A stretch of 64,000 nt of DNA from Deltaproteobacteria bacterium (lineage in GTDB: Bacteria; BMS3Abin14), in NCBI GenBank assembly GCA_013151915.1, contig JAADHJ010000006.1, positions 65,404-129,403 of the forward strand. The letters run 5' to 3'. The translations under genes and the position numbers were made by a program. The notes below the pieces were generated by a model, which worked only from the letters and a program-made list of their open reading frames with translations, was not told the origin of the DNA and ran no database searches. Of this stretch, positions 19,198-30,100 are shown in pieces (within the stretch, counting starts at the first letter, position 1; every line of letters starts with the position of its first letter).

Positions 19198-20040
19198 CTA
19201 TCCCAAAGCCTTCTCCAGAATACCGACGACTTCATCAATAACCCAGCCGGGGGTTGAGGCGCCTGCCGTCACTCCAACCGTCGCTCCGGGGGGGATATGC
19301 AGACCCTCCAGCTCTTCGGCGCTTTCGATCTGGCAGGTCCTGGCGCATTCTTCCAGCGCCGCTTCGGTCAGCCTTGCCGTGTTGGCACTGTTTCTACCGC
19401 CCACAACGATCATGACATCCACTTTCTTTGCCATATTCCGCGCCTGTTTCCTTCTCGCGTCGGTCGCCTGACAGGTGGTTCTGAAGACCTTGATCTCCTT
19501 GCAGACCCCCACGCAGTAGGAGGCGACACGCTGCAGATTCTCCAGGGCATGTGTCGTTTGAGCGACGATGCCGACCCTGGCCTTTATGCCCGGACTTTCT
19601 TTCAGTTCCTGGACGCTTTTGGCCACCAGACTGTCAGCGGGGGCAAAACTCAGGATGGCTTTTACCTCCGGATGGTCGACCTGTCCTACGATGATGACCT
19701 GGTAATTTTCGTCGGCAAGGGTTTCCACCCGTTCCTTGAGCCTGTTGACGAAAGGACATGTGGCATCAACCACATTGAGGCCTTTCGCCCCCGCCATATC
19801 GATGACACCCTTCTGCGCACCGTGGGATCGTATAATAACGGTACCTGTCTCGATATCGTCCAGACTTACCGCCATCCGCAGCCCCATGGTCTCGAGACGC
19901 CGCACCTCCTGGGGGTTATGAATGATGGGCCCCAGGGTATAAACCGGTCCGGGACCTTTCCGGAGCGCCGAAACAGCCATTTCCACAGCCCTCTCCACCC
20001 CAAAGCAGAACCCGGCTGTTTTTGCCAGCAGAACCTTAGC
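19198..20040 (-). CDS. ispH: 4-hydroxy-3-methylbut-2-enyl diphosphate reductase
   Basis: KVLLAKTAGFCFGVERAV and NVVDATCPFV cysteine ligands. The proposed GTG start at 20040 was chosen because the upstream 16 codons of the ORF are encoded by repeat element B2. Confidence 0.8.
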   Translation of the reverse strand, partial: AKVLLAKTAGFCFGVERAVEMAVSALRKGPGPVYTLGPIIHNPQEVRRLETMGLRMAVSLDDIETGTVIIRSHGAQKGVIDMAGAKGLNVVDATCPFVNRLKERVETLADENYQVIIVGQVDHPEVKAILSFAPADSLVAKSVQELKESPGIKARVGIVAQTTHALENLQRVASYCVGVCKEIKVFRTTCQATDARRKQARNMAKKVDVMIVVGGRNSANTARLTEAALEECARTCQIESAEELEGLHIPPGATVGVTAGASTPGWVIDEVVGILEKALG

Positions 20041-20063
20041 CACCTTGATTCTTCCGTCCTTTA

Positions 20064-20240
20064 GATAGGTCGCAAAAAGTCCATCCATGGCTTTTTACTC
20101 AACGGAAAGCGAAAAATGTCATTTTCACTTTCCTCACAAATCTTCGATTTGAGCGCCCCAAAAGGGGCGCGTTGATGACTTCTTACGAAATCATCATCCT
20201 TGATAGGTCGTAAAAAGCCATGGATGGACTTTTTACGAAG
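20064..20240. repeat. REP/MITE-like palindromic element, family B, copy 2 (full length, both palindromic ends)
   Basis: Begins GATAGGTCGCAAAAAGTCCATCCATGGCTTTTTAC and ends GATAGGTCGTAAAAAGCCATGGATGGACTTTTTACGAAG. It has an internal GCGCCCCAAAAGGGGCGC hairpin. It overlaps the annotated ispH 5' end and the cmk stop. Confidence 0.75.
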
Positions 20241-20904
20241 TCTCCAATTCTTTAACCCTTCTGAAAATCAGATCAACGACATCCTCCGGGGACATGTCGG
20301 TCGTGTCTACAATGATGGCATCATCCGCACGCCGAAGGGGGGAATCGGAGCGGGTGGAATCGTTGTGGTCGCGCTCCTGCATATCATCTTCCACCTTATC
20401 CAACGGATCCTTTTCCCCCTGTCCACTGAGTTCAAGCCAACGTCTTTTCGCCCTCTCTCCGACGGCTGCGTCGAGGTAAAATTTGGCCCGGGTTTCAGGG
20501 AAGACGACCGTGCCCATATCCCTTCCCTCAGCCACCAGGCCGCCCCGGCTCCCTATTTCACGCTGCAGGCGCACCATGTGGCGCCTGACGGAACTGACCC
20601 CGGACACGGCGGAGGACGCGCGGCTCATCTCGGGGGTTCGAATAAGATCCGAAACATCCTCCCCGTCCAGGGTCACCCTCATTCCGCATTCGGTGTTGAC
20701 GAAATTGATGTGAATTCTGCCGCAGAGAGCGTCGAGAGCAATCTCATCTTCCAGATCCAGGCCGTCCCTGACCGCGGCCAGCGCCACCGCCCGGTACATC
20801 GCCCCCGTATCAAGGTGGACATACCCCAAGCGCTTCGCCAATTCCCCGGCCACGGTGCTCTTGCCCGCCCCGGATGGTCCGTCAATGGCGACAACCTGCT
20901 TCAT
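20233..20904 (-). CDS. cmk: cytidylate kinase
   Basis: MKQVVAIDGPSGAGKSTVAGELAKRLGYVHLDTGAMYR. Confidence 0.95.
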   Translation of the reverse strand: MKQVVAIDGPSGAGKSTVAGELAKRLGYVHLDTGAMYRAVALAAVRDGLDLEDEIALDALCGRIHINFVNTECGMRVTLDGEDVSDLIRTPEMSRASSAVSGVSSVRRHMVRLQREIGSRGGLVAEGRDMGTVVFPETRAKFYLDAAVGERAKRRWLELSGQGEKDPLDKVEDDMQERDHNDSTRSDSPLRRADDAIIVDTTDMSPEDVVDLIFRRVKELETS

Positions 20905-20907
20905 CGT

Positions 20908-22254
20908 TCAGTCCACTCTGCTCAGCGCCGATAAGCTGTCAGATTCTGCTGAAGGCTCCGGGGCAAGCGCCCCGGGAGAAAGGGTATTGAGCACATCAGG
21001 AAAGGTGCCAAAGGAGGTAGCGACGCATTTGATATCGGAAACCCTGCTCGTTGAACCCGCGAGAAGGGAAAGGATTGCAGAGGCCATGGCGATGCGATGA
21101 TCACCACCGCTCTTAAAATCAGCGCCCTTGATGCTTCCCCCTCCCTCAACGATAAAACCGTCATCAAGTTCACGGACCTGGACCCCGGCCCGCTGAAGCA
21201 TCCTCACCGTACCGGTGATTCTGTCCGATTCCTTGACCCTCAATTCCCTGGCGCCCCGGATCTCGGTAATCCCATCAGCGGCGGCGGCCGCTACCGCGGC
21301 TAAGGGGAGTTCGTCAATAATACTCGGAACCCACTCCAGCGGGACCTTGAATCCCCTCAGCCGCCCTGTCCCGCGAACCCTTATATCCGCAACCGGTTCG
21401 ACGTCCCAGGGACGATCATCAATCTCTATGTCGGCTCCCATGGCGCTTAACAGGCGGAGAATCCCCGTCCGGGTCGGGTTGACTCCGACGTTCCTGATCA
21501 CGATGTCCGAACCATTCAGTACGGCGCCGGCGACGAGAAAAAATGCAGCAGACGAAATGTCCCCAGGCACAGCTATTTCGCATGCCGAGAGGCTCTGCCC
21601 CCCCATCATAATGGTGGAGCCTCCCCTGGTTGCGAGATGCACCCCCATACTCTTGAGCATTCTCCCGGTATGATCCCGGCTTAAGACAGGTTCCCGGAAG
21701 GTTGTGGTGCCCCTGGCCTGAAGACCCGCAAGAAGGACGCATGACTTTACCTGGGCACTCGAAACCGGCGATACAAAATCCACCGCTTTCAGACCTCCGC
21801 CGCGAATCACCAGGGGCAGGAGCCGGCCCCCGTCCCTACCGTCAATGGCGGCCCCCATCCTCTTTAATGGGTCTGTGACCCGCCCCATGGGGCGCCCCCG
21901 GAGGGAGGAATCGCCGGTCAATATGGACAGAAACGAACATCCGGCCAGGAGACCGGCCAGGAGTCGAACACCGGTGCCGGAATTTCCCAGGTCAAGCACG
22001 TCGCCCGGCTCTGAAAGGCCGTCCGGTCCGCGACCGCGGATGAGCACCACATCCCCTTTGGACTCGATATCCACTCCCAGGGATCGAATCGCTTCAAGGG
22101 TATTGTCTGTATCCTCAGCCCTCAAGGGCCTTGAAACAACGGTTTCGCCGACCGAAACAGCACCCAGAATATAGGCCCTGTGGGTGATGGATTTATCCCC
22201 TGGAACCTGGACCTCACCCAATAGAGGCCCCGACGGAGAGATGATCCACGTCAC
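20908..22254 (-). CDS. aroA: 3-phosphoshikimate 1-carboxyvinyltransferase (EPSP synthase)
   Basis: PGDKSITHRAYILGA... and GNSGTGVRLLAGLLA. A GTG start at 22254 follows GGAGGGAG and overlaps the tyrA stop; the ORF track extension is probably spurious. Confidence 0.9.
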   Translation of the reverse strand: MTWIISPSGPLLGEVQVPGDKSITHRAYILGAVSVGETVVSRPLRAEDTDNTLEAIRSLGVDIESKGDVVLIRGRGPDGLSEPGDVLDLGNSGTGVRLLAGLLAGCSFLSILTGDSSLRGRPMGRVTDPLKRMGAAIDGRDGGRLLPLVIRGGGLKAVDFVSPVSSAQVKSCVLLAGLQARGTTTFREPVLSRDHTGRMLKSMGVHLATRGGSTIMMGGQSLSACEIAVPGDISSAAFFLVAGAVLNGSDIVIRNVGVNPTRTGILRLLSAMGADIEIDDRPWDVEPVADIRVRGTGRLRGFKVPLEWVPSIIDELPLAAVAAAAADGITEIRGARELRVKESDRITGTVRMLQRAGVQVRELDDGFIVEGGGSIKGADFKSGGDHRIAMASAILSLLAGSTSRVSDIKCVATSFGTFPDVLNTLSPGALAPEPSAESDSLSALSRVD

Positions 22255-23111
22255 TTCATCTCCCTCCTGACAGAGGCGATCCGCCGAAAAGTTTCCTCCA
22301 GCCTGTCGTGATCGCCGGACTCGACAGCTGTGTAGATTTTGTCGATGCTCGCCCGAAACCCACCCAATGCCTCCAGCAGCAGGCTTTTGTTTGCTACCGC
22401 GATATCCGCCCACATCCTGGGACTGCTGGCGGCCACCCGCGTGTAGTCTCTCAAACCGCCGCCGGACAGGGAAACCCAGGAGCGGTCCTTCTCCAGAACT
22501 GCATCAACGATGCCGTAGGCCACCATATGGGGAAGGTGACTGACCCAGGCAAAAACAGAATCGTGATATTCCGGATCCATGATTTCCACTCTGGCTCCCA
22601 CTCCCCTCCACATTGCCGCCACAGGGGCAATATTGGGATCGTTTTCCGCTACGGGTGTAATTATCGCGCGCGCCCCGCGAAACAGACCCCGCCGGGCGGA
22701 ATCAGGTCCCGATCTCTCATCCCCCGCTATGGGGTGCCCCGGCACGAAGTCATAGTCCGCACCGTGTTTTATCGACTCCAGATAGGCCTCCACCAGGGGG
22801 TACTTCACACTCCCCACGTCGGTCACCAGCGTACCGGCGTCAAAGCCGTCCGCCAGTATCTCAACAAGGTTCAGGACCGGGATGGCCAGGATAACCAGAT
22901 CGCATGTCCGAAAGTTTTCCCGGGTCGGCGGAAGATGCCCGTCCAGAATCCCCATATCGAGGGCCATTTGGAGCGATTCCGGGTCATCATCGCTGCCGAC
23001 TATTGTCCCCGCCAGGCCGTTGGCATGCAGATCGAGCGCCAGCGACCCTCCGATGAGGCCGGTTCCCAGCAGGTAAACCCGGTCGAACCGGATATCATCG
23101 GAACAGTCCAT
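22251..23111 (-). CDS. tyrA: prephenate dehydrogenase
   Basis: Rossmann motif LLGTGLIGGSLALDL and PDH family motifs. It is located in the aromatic amino-acid operon. Confidence 0.85.
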   Translation of the reverse strand: MDCSDDIRFDRVYLLGTGLIGGSLALDLHANGLAGTIVGSDDDPESLQMALDMGILDGHLPPTRENFRTCDLVILAIPVLNLVEILADGFDAGTLVTDVGSVKYPLVEAYLESIKHGADYDFVPGHPIAGDERSGPDSARRGLFRGARAIITPVAENDPNIAPVAAMWRGVGARVEIMDPEYHDSVFAWVSHLPHMVAYGIVDAVLEKDRSWVSLSGGGLRDYTRVAASSPRMWADIAVANKSLLLEALGGFRASIDKIYTAVESGDHDRLEETFRRIASVRREMK

Positions 23112-24124
23112 TAAATTTGTCTACCCACTACCTTCGCGATTTCCCCTATCCTCACCATGAGATCAGCAAAATCCGACAGCCTGAGGGATTGAGTACCATC
23201 GCAGAGTGCCTCTTCCGGCTTCTGGTGGATCTCGATAATAAGCCCATCCGCACCGGCAGCCACCGCGGCCAATGACATCGGGGGCACAAGATCCGCCCGG
23301 CCCACAGCATGGCTGGGATCCACGATAATGGGCAGATGGCTCATGGATTTGATGAGGGGCACGGCGGAAAGATCAAGGGTGTTTCTGGTTTCGGTCTCGA
23401 AGGTCCGCACCCCTCTCTCGCAGAGGATAACGTCCATGTTTCCCTGGTCGAGAATATATTCGGCCGACATGAGAAATTCCTTGACGGTGGCCGAGAGCCC
23501 CCTTTTCAGAAGTACAGGTTTGTCAAACCTGCCTACCTCCTTTAGAAGAGAGAAGTTGGACATGTTTCTGGCCCCGATCTGGATAAGATCGGCGTAGCGG
23601 TAAACCAGGTCGGCGTCCCGGGGGTCCATGAGCTCTGTGACGACAAGCAGCCCGGTCTCCCTGCTCGCCTCGGCGAGATACTTGAGCCCTTCCTCCCCCA
23701 GACCCTGAAATGAATAGGGTGACGATCGGGGTTTGAAAGCGCCGCCCCGGAGGAAGGTGCCGCCGGCCTCCTTGACGGCCCTGGCCACTGTCAACAGGCC
23801 GTCATGGTCCTCGACACTGCATGGCCCCGCCATGATCTGAATCTTCTCACCTCCGACCGCGGTCCCACGGACCCGGATGATGGAATTTTCATTCTGAAAA
23901 TCACGGCTGGCCAGCTTGAACGGTTTGAGAATCGGGAGGATCTTCTCAACGGCCGGATAGGCGGCCAGGGACGCCTCCCTGAGAATCCTTTCATCGCCGA
24001 TGGCGCCGATAATGGTCCTCTCCTCACCCCTGGAGAGATGGACCTTCAGCCCTTTCTCCTTCAGCTTCCGCTCGACATAATCTATGTCGGCCTGAGTTGA
24101 TCCGGGTTTAAGTACGATAATCAT
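23111..24124 (-). CDS. aroF: 3-deoxy-7-phosphoheptulonate synthase (class I-beta, with N-terminal regulatory domain)
   Basis: Ferredoxin-like N-terminal domain (MIIVLKPGSTQADIDYV) plus a KDSA/DAHPS TIM-barrel region. Confidence 0.85.
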   Translation of the reverse strand: MIIVLKPGSTQADIDYVERKLKEKGLKVHLSRGEERTIIGAIGDERILREASLAAYPAVEKILPILKPFKLASRDFQNENSIIRVRGTAVGGEKIQIMAGPCSVEDHDGLLTVARAVKEAGGTFLRGGAFKPRSSPYSFQGLGEEGLKYLAEASRETGLLVVTELMDPRDADLVYRYADLIQIGARNMSNFSLLKEVGRFDKPVLLKRGLSATVKEFLMSAEYILDQGNMDVILCERGVRTFETETRNTLDLSAVPLIKSMSHLPIIVDPSHAVGRADLVPPMSLAAVAAGADGLIIEIHQKPEEALCDGTQSLRLSDFADLMVRIGEIAKVVGRQI

Positions 24125-24127
24125 TTT

Positions 24128-25291
24128 CTAACCCTCATTTCTTTCCATAATTTCCGTTAATTTTTCCAGAAAATATTTGTTTTCATCGGGGTTGCCGATG
24201 GTCACTCGAAGGTGGCCGGGAAGACCGTATCCCGCCATGGGACGGACGATAACGCCATTTTTCAGCAGTGCCTGATAGACTGTCTCCCCCTTTGGGTCCA
24301 TAAGATCGACAAGCAGAAAGTTACCGGCCGAAGGCGCCGCCGAAAGTCCAAGGGAACGGACACCGTCCGAAACCCGCTCCATCTCAATCCTGTTCAACCT
24401 GACGGCCTCCCTGATAAATTCCTGGTCCCCAAGGGCAGCCGCAGCTGCCGCCTGTCCCAAGCTGTTGACATTGAAGGGTTGGCGAACCCTGTTAAGAAGG
24501 TCTGCAAGCTCCTCGGGCATCACCGCATATCCAACCCTGAGCCCGGCCAGACCATAGGCCTTGGAGAAGGTCCTCGTCACAACCAATGACCGGCCCTGTT
24601 TGACAAGTTCGATCCCGTCGGGATAGTCCGGCCGATCCATGGCATATTCGAAATAGGCCTCGTCAAGGACCGGCACCACATCCTCCGGCAATGCGTCGAG
24701 AAACCTCTCCACATCGGGTCGGGCTACATAGGAACCGGTGGGGTTGTTGGGGTTGGCGACAAAGACAATTCGGGTATCCGGGGTAACCGCCTCGGCCATG
24801 GCCCCAAGATCGTGCGCCATGGCGGTGTCAAGAGGCACCTCAACACCCCTGCCCCCGTGGGCAAGGGTACAAAGTCGGTAGACGATAAACGCAGGCCAGG
24901 CGTACACCGTTTCAGCACCTTCACAAAGGAGGAGCTGGGCAAGCAGTTCGAGAATTTCGTTGGACCCGTTTCCCAGAACAATCATCTCACCGGGCACACC
25001 ATGTTTTTCAGCCAACAGCCCCTTCAGATGGTAGGCGCTTCCGTCTGGATAACGATTGATGCCGTTCAATGCCTCCTGAACCGCCTTTCTCGCCAAGGGA
25101 GACATCCCCATGGGGTTCTCGTTGGAGGCCAGCTTGATTATCCTCTCCAGGCCCATCTCCCTTAAAAGCTCTTCAATGGGTTTTCCCGTTTGGTAGGGAA
25201 CCAGATTTTCCACCGATCCGTATGCCGTGCGGTATTTGAGCTGTTTCATATTTTTAAGTCCCATGTTTAAATAACAAGGTTCAACGTTCAA
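24128..25291 (-). CDS. hisC: histidinol-phosphate/aromatic aminotransferase (class II PLP)
   Basis: HisC-family signature FSKAYGLAGLRVGYAV. The first ~9 codons of the ORF are encoded by the GTTCAAN tandem array, so the true start may be a downstream Met (~25249). Confidence 0.85.
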   Translation of the reverse strand: MNVEPCYLNMGLKNMKQLKYRTAYGSVENLVPYQTGKPIEELLREMGLERIIKLASNENPMGMSPLARKAVQEALNGINRYPDGSAYHLKGLLAEKHGVPGEMIVLGNGSNEILELLAQLLLCEGAETVYAWPAFIVYRLCTLAHGGRGVEVPLDTAMAHDLGAMAEAVTPDTRIVFVANPNNPTGSYVARPDVERFLDALPEDVVPVLDEAYFEYAMDRPDYPDGIELVKQGRSLVVTRTFSKAYGLAGLRVGYAVMPEELADLLNRVRQPFNVNSLGQAAAAAALGDQEFIREAVRLNRIEMERVSDGVRSLGLSAAPSAGNFLLVDLMDPKGETVYQALLKNGVIVRPMAGYGLPGHLRVTIGNPDENKYFLEKLTEIMERNEG

Positions 25292-25335
25292 TGTTCAAGG
25301 TTCAACGTTCAATGTTCAACGTTCAAGGTTGAACG
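25278..25335. repeat. heptamer tandem array GTTCAAN x8
   Basis: Reads gGTTCAAC GTTCAAT GTTCAAG GTTCAAC GTTCAAT GTTCAAC GTTCAAG GTTGAAC, in the pheA-hisC junction. Confidence 0.85.
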
Positions 25336-25337
25336 GG

Positions 25338-26171
25338 TCATTTACCTTCAACTGTTCCTTTAGGATAAGACCCCAACACCTTCATAAACATGCACATTTT
25401 CTCCAATTTACGGAGGGCATCCCGCACCGCCGAATCATCCTTGTGTCCCTCAAGATCGATGAAGAAGACATAGTCCCACGCCTTCTTTTTTGAGGGTCTC
25501 GACTCGATTTTCGTCAGGTTGATCCCCGCTTCGCCGAACGGTCTGAGGATCTCATAGAGGGCCCCGACCTTGTCCTTGATGGAGAAAACCAGTGAGGTTT
25601 TATCATTCCCTGATGATGCCGTGGGATGGGTTGAAAACACCAGGAACCGTGTGAGGTTCTCCTCCCAGTCGCCGATATTCTCCACAAGCGTGGGGATTCC
25701 ATAGAATTGCGAGGCCATCGCACCGGCCACAGCCGCGGTTCCCTCCTGAGAAAGGCAGAAAGCCGCCGCCTCAGCTGTGCTCCTGGCGTCTACAAACGCT
25801 GCGCCCCTGAGGTTTTTCCGCAGCCAGTGCCTGCATTGGGCAAATGGCTGCGGATGGGAGTAGACCTTTACAATCCCCCGGATATCTTTTTCCCGCGACA
25901 GAAGCATCAGCCGAATGGGTAATATGACCTCGCCTGTGATGACGAGGGTGGAGTCCACAAGGAGATCCATGGTGGATGTAACCACACCCTCATTGGAGTT
26001 CTCAACAGGCACCACTCCCCGATGGGCTTCGCCCTCCTGGACCGCGGTGAAAACATCGTCAATAGTCTCTGCCGGGATATATTCCACACCCTCCCCGAAC
26101 GCACGCCACGCCGCCTGATGTGTAAACGTGGCCTGGGGACCCAGGTAGGAAATATCCATACGCGATGCCAC
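25338..26171 (-). CDS. pheA: prephenate dehydratase with C-terminal ACT domain
   Basis: MDISYLGPQATFTHQAAWRAFG N-terminus and the PDT/ACT architecture. Length is 277 aa. Confidence 0.85.
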   Translation of the reverse strand: MASRMDISYLGPQATFTHQAAWRAFGEGVEYIPAETIDDVFTAVQEGEAHRGVVPVENSNEGVVTSTMDLLVDSTLVITGEVILPIRLMLLSREKDIRGIVKVYSHPQPFAQCRHWLRKNLRGAAFVDARSTAEAAAFCLSQEGTAAVAGAMASQFYGIPTLVENIGDWEENLTRFLVFSTHPTASSGNDKTSLVFSIKDKVGALYEILRPFGEAGINLTKIESRPSKKKAWDYVFFIDLEGHKDDSAVRDALRKLEKMCMFMKVLGSYPKGTVEGK

Positions 26172-26174
26172 CTG

Positions 26175-27152
26175 TTATGACTCCTTGTAAACCCCGATTT
26201 TACGGAATCTCGCCCAACGGTTCTCAACCAGCTCGGCGGGTCCCAATTCCGAAAGTTCATCAAGATGTCTTTTAATGAATCCCCCAAGTATCTCGGCCGC
26301 CGCGGCGTAATCCCTATGGGCGCCACCCACCGGTTCAGACACAATTTCATCAATTATCCCGTTGGAGAGACTGTCCTGGGCGGTGAGTTTCATGGCCTCG
26401 GCGGCATCCTTGGCAAAAGCCTGGTTCTTCCAGAGAATGGCGGCGCACCCCTCCGGTGATATAACCGAATAGGTGCTGTTCTCCATCATGAGAACCCTGT
26501 TGGCCACAGCCAACGCAAGCGCGCCTCCACTGCCCCCTTCACCCGTTACCACGGTTACAATCGGGACGGTAAGGTCGGACATCTCAATGAGGTTCCGGGC
26601 TATAGCCTCAGCCTGGCCTCTTTCTTCCGCCTGAATGCCCGGGAAGGCTCCCGGGGTGTCCACAAGGGTCAGGACGGGAACCTGAAAACGTTCGGCCAGC
26701 TTCATCAGGCGCAGGGCCTTCCTGTAACCCTCGGGGTGGGGCATGCCGAAGTTTCTCATAACCTTCTGTTTGGTGTTCCTACCCTTCTGATGTCCGATCA
26801 CCATCAGGGACTTACCAAAAAAACGACCGATTCCACCCACGATGGATGAATCGTCGCCAAAGACACGGTCTCCATGCAGTTCGATAAAGTCTTCAACTAA
26901 AAGCTCAATGAAATCAAGGGTATACGGCCTCATGGGATGCCTGGCGAGGAGGGTTCGCTGCCACCTGTTCAGTTTTTTATAAAGCTCGTCCCTCAGCTTG
27001 TCCAGTTTCTTTTCAAGCCTTTCGACATCGTCGGTCAGGTCAAGCCCGGACTCCCCCGTTTCCATACGGCGAAGTTCCTCGATGCGTCTTTCCATTTCCA
27101 CGATCGGTTTTTCAAAATCCAGATAGAATTCAACCATGGTTTTTCCTTTCAA
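26175..27152 (-). CDS. accA: acetyl-CoA carboxylase carboxyltransferase subunit alpha
   Basis: MPHPEGYRKALRLMKLAERFQVPVLTLVDTPGAFPG. Confidence 0.95.
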   Translation of the reverse strand: MKGKTMVEFYLDFEKPIVEMERRIEELRRMETGESGLDLTDDVERLEKKLDKLRDELYKKLNRWQRTLLARHPMRPYTLDFIELLVEDFIELHGDRVFGDDSSIVGGIGRFFGKSLMVIGHQKGRNTKQKVMRNFGMPHPEGYRKALRLMKLAERFQVPVLTLVDTPGAFPGIQAEERGQAEAIARNLIEMSDLTVPIVTVVTGEGGSGGALALAVANRVLMMENSTYSVISPEGCAAILWKNQAFAKDAAEAMKLTAQDSLSNGIIDEIVSEPVGGAHRDYAAAAEILGGFIKRHLDELSELGPAELVENRWARFRKIGVYKES

Positions 27153-27159
27153 TACCGTC

Positions 27160-30100
27160 TTACTCGAACGTCACCGTTCCGCTTCCGAGAAGATCCTCCA
27201 CCTCTCGAACCATCCGGTCCGAGGACCCTACACGGAGGGAATCATCGGCACATATAACCGCCTCGGCCTTGGTTGGGATGGCCAGTTTCAGTTTGACTTT
27301 ACATTGCCCGGAATGCCTTGCAAGAACAGCCTTGAGTGAGGATAAATCCTCCCTGGTCAGCCCTAAAGTCGTCAGGTTGATCTGCACGACGTTCGTCACT
27401 TTTTCCCTGTAGTCCTCAAGAAAACTCATCTTCTGAACCCTTATCTTGGGTTTCTCGCCGTCAGAGTCGGTGACCCCTTCAACCAGAATCGGTTTGTCGG
27501 ATGCTATGATAGAGGAGTACTCCTTGAAAACATCCGAAAATATCACCAGCTCGGCGCTGCCGTGAAGATCCTCCAGGGTCAGGAACGCCATTCTGTCACC
27601 CTTTTTGGTATTAATCTCCTTGATGCTCTGTTTAACCCCCGCGACCCTGACCTCCTGGCCGTCGCCCATTTCACCGAGCTTGCCAAGATCAAACGTAACA
27701 TACCGTTCAAGCTCCCGCATATATTTTTCCAGTGGATGACCGGAGATGTAGAACCCCAGGCTCTCCTTCTCGAAGGTGAGCCTCAGATGTTCGGTCCACG
27801 GTTCTACATCCGGCAGGGACAGTCCATCGTCGATTCCCATCGCCCCACCGAACATATTGATCTGCCCGTTGATCCTGTCCCGCTGCTCCTTCTGGCCCCT
27901 CTCAATGGCCTGATCGAGCCCCGCGATGTTACGGGCCCGATGGCCTGAAAACCCATCGAAAGCACCGGACTTGATCAGGCTTTCAATCACTCTCCTGTTA
28001 ACCTTGTGAAGATCGACCCTGCCGCAGAAATCTTCAAGGGAAAAAAACTCTCCAGCCCGGTCCCTCTGCCCCAGGATTTCCTCCAAGGCCGCCACCCCCA
28101 CGTTTTTGACTGCTCCCAGCCCGAATCGAATCCCGCCGTCGACGACGGTGAAGGGGATCTCGGATTCATTGATATCAGGGGGAAGAAGGCTGATCCCCAT
28201 CTCCTTGCAGACACCGATATGCTGCGTTACCTTGTCCGTGTTGTCCATCTCGCTTGTGAGAAGGGCGGCCATAAACTCCATTGGATAATGGGCCTTGAGA
28301 TGAGCCGTACGGAAGGAGATGAGGGCATAGGCCGCACTGTGCGATTTGTTGAAGCCATATCCGGCAAAATATTCCATGGTGTCGAAAATCCTGTTTGCTT
28401 TGGCGGACGAAATATCCCTCTTTTTGCACCCTTCCTGGAAACGGGTCCTCTGCTTCTCCATCTCCTCGTGTTTTTTCTTGCCCATGGCGCGTCTCAGGAT
28501 ATCGGCTTCGCCAAGGGAATATCCCGCCAGGGTGCTGGCGATCTGCATCACCTGCTCCTGGTAAACGAGAACACCGTAGGTCTCCTCAAGGATCTCCTTC
28601 AGTTCGGGCACTTCATAGGTTATTGACTGCCGCCCTCTTTTTCGGTTGATGAAGTCGGTGACCATCCCGCTTCCAAGAGGCCCGGGCCTGTACAGAGCAA
28701 CCAGGGCCACAAGATCTTCGAAGGTCCCCGGTTTCATCTTGTTGAGGAGATCCCTCATGCCTGAGCTCTCAAGCTGAAAAACCCCATCCGTGTTGGCCGA
28801 AGATAGAAGCTCGTAGGTCTTGGGGTCCTCCAGGCTCAGGTCTTCGAAGGCGAGAGAAGGCCTGCCCTCGCGTTCAAGCCTGCGGTTAACCAGCTTCAAC
28901 GCGTGGTCAAGGAGAGTAAGGGTCCGGAGGCCGAGGAAATCGAACTTGACCAATCCAATCTCCTCGAGGTTCTTCATGGTAAACTGGGTAATCGCCTCGC
29001 CCTTTGTTCCCCTGTAAAGAGGAACGTGCTCATCCAACCTGTCCTGGCTGATGACAACGCCTGCCGCGTGGGTGGAGGCATGGCGATGAAGACCCTCTAT
29101 TTTCTGCGCCAGATCAAGCAGATCGGCGATTTTCTTTTCCTTCTTCATGATTTCACGGAGCTGGGGTTCCTGTTCGATTGCCTGGCTGATCGTAATCTTG
29201 AGGATATCCGGGATCATTTTGGCAATCCGGTCGACCTCGGCGTAGCTGATGTCCAGCGCCCTCCCGACGTCCCGGATGGCCCCCCTCGCCGCCATGGTGC
29301 CAAAGGTGATGATCTGTGCTACCTTGTCTTCCCCATATTTTTCGGTAACGTAACGTATGACCTCGTCCCGCCGGTCCATACAGAAATCGACGTCGATATC
29401 CGGCATGCTGACCCGCTCAGGGTTGAGAAACCTCTCGAAGAGAAGACCATAACGCAGCGGGTCAATGTCGGTGATACCAAGGGAATATGCAACCAGGGAC
29501 CCGGCTGCCGACCCGCGGCCGGGTCCCACAGGCACATCCTTCTCCTTTGCGAACCTGATGAAATCCCAGACAATAAGGAAATACCCGGAAAAACCCATGG
29601 CGGTAATTGTTTCGATTTCCTTGCCCAGCCTCGTCTGGTAGCGCTCGAGAATCGACTCCCTTTTCTCAGACGGCGCCGCGGCGAGAATGCCCTCCATGCG
29701 CCGCTCGAAACCCGACCTGACCGTGTCGGCGAGAAAGGATTGCGGGGTTCGGTCCTCGGGCACCGGGAACCGGGGCATCTGGGTCCTGTGGAGAGGAATC
29801 TCGAGGTTGCACCGTTCCGCCACCTCAAGGGTATTGGCAAGGGCCTCGGGAAGGTCCCGAAAAAGAACACCCATCTCATCAGCGGATTTCAGGTACAGTT
29901 CGTGGGCGTCCATGCGCATTCTGTCCTCGGCGTTGACGGTCTTCGCCGTCTGGATGCACAGGAGGACGTCGTGCATGCGCCGGTCCTCTTTCTGGAGATA
30001 ATGAATATCGTTGGTGGCGACCATGGGTATTCCAAGATCCGCTGAAATCCTTGCCAGCCCCTCATTGGCGCGGGCCTGCTCCTCGAGCCCGTTCCGCATT

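Noticed and set aside
28903-30045. 380-aa ORF antisense within dnaE, and similar long antisense ORFs in ispH (19297-20064), cfa (39448-40407), copB (47911-48477) and copA (52556-53725)
   Set aside because: All are embedded in confidently identified genes on the opposite strand and have no recognisable domains.
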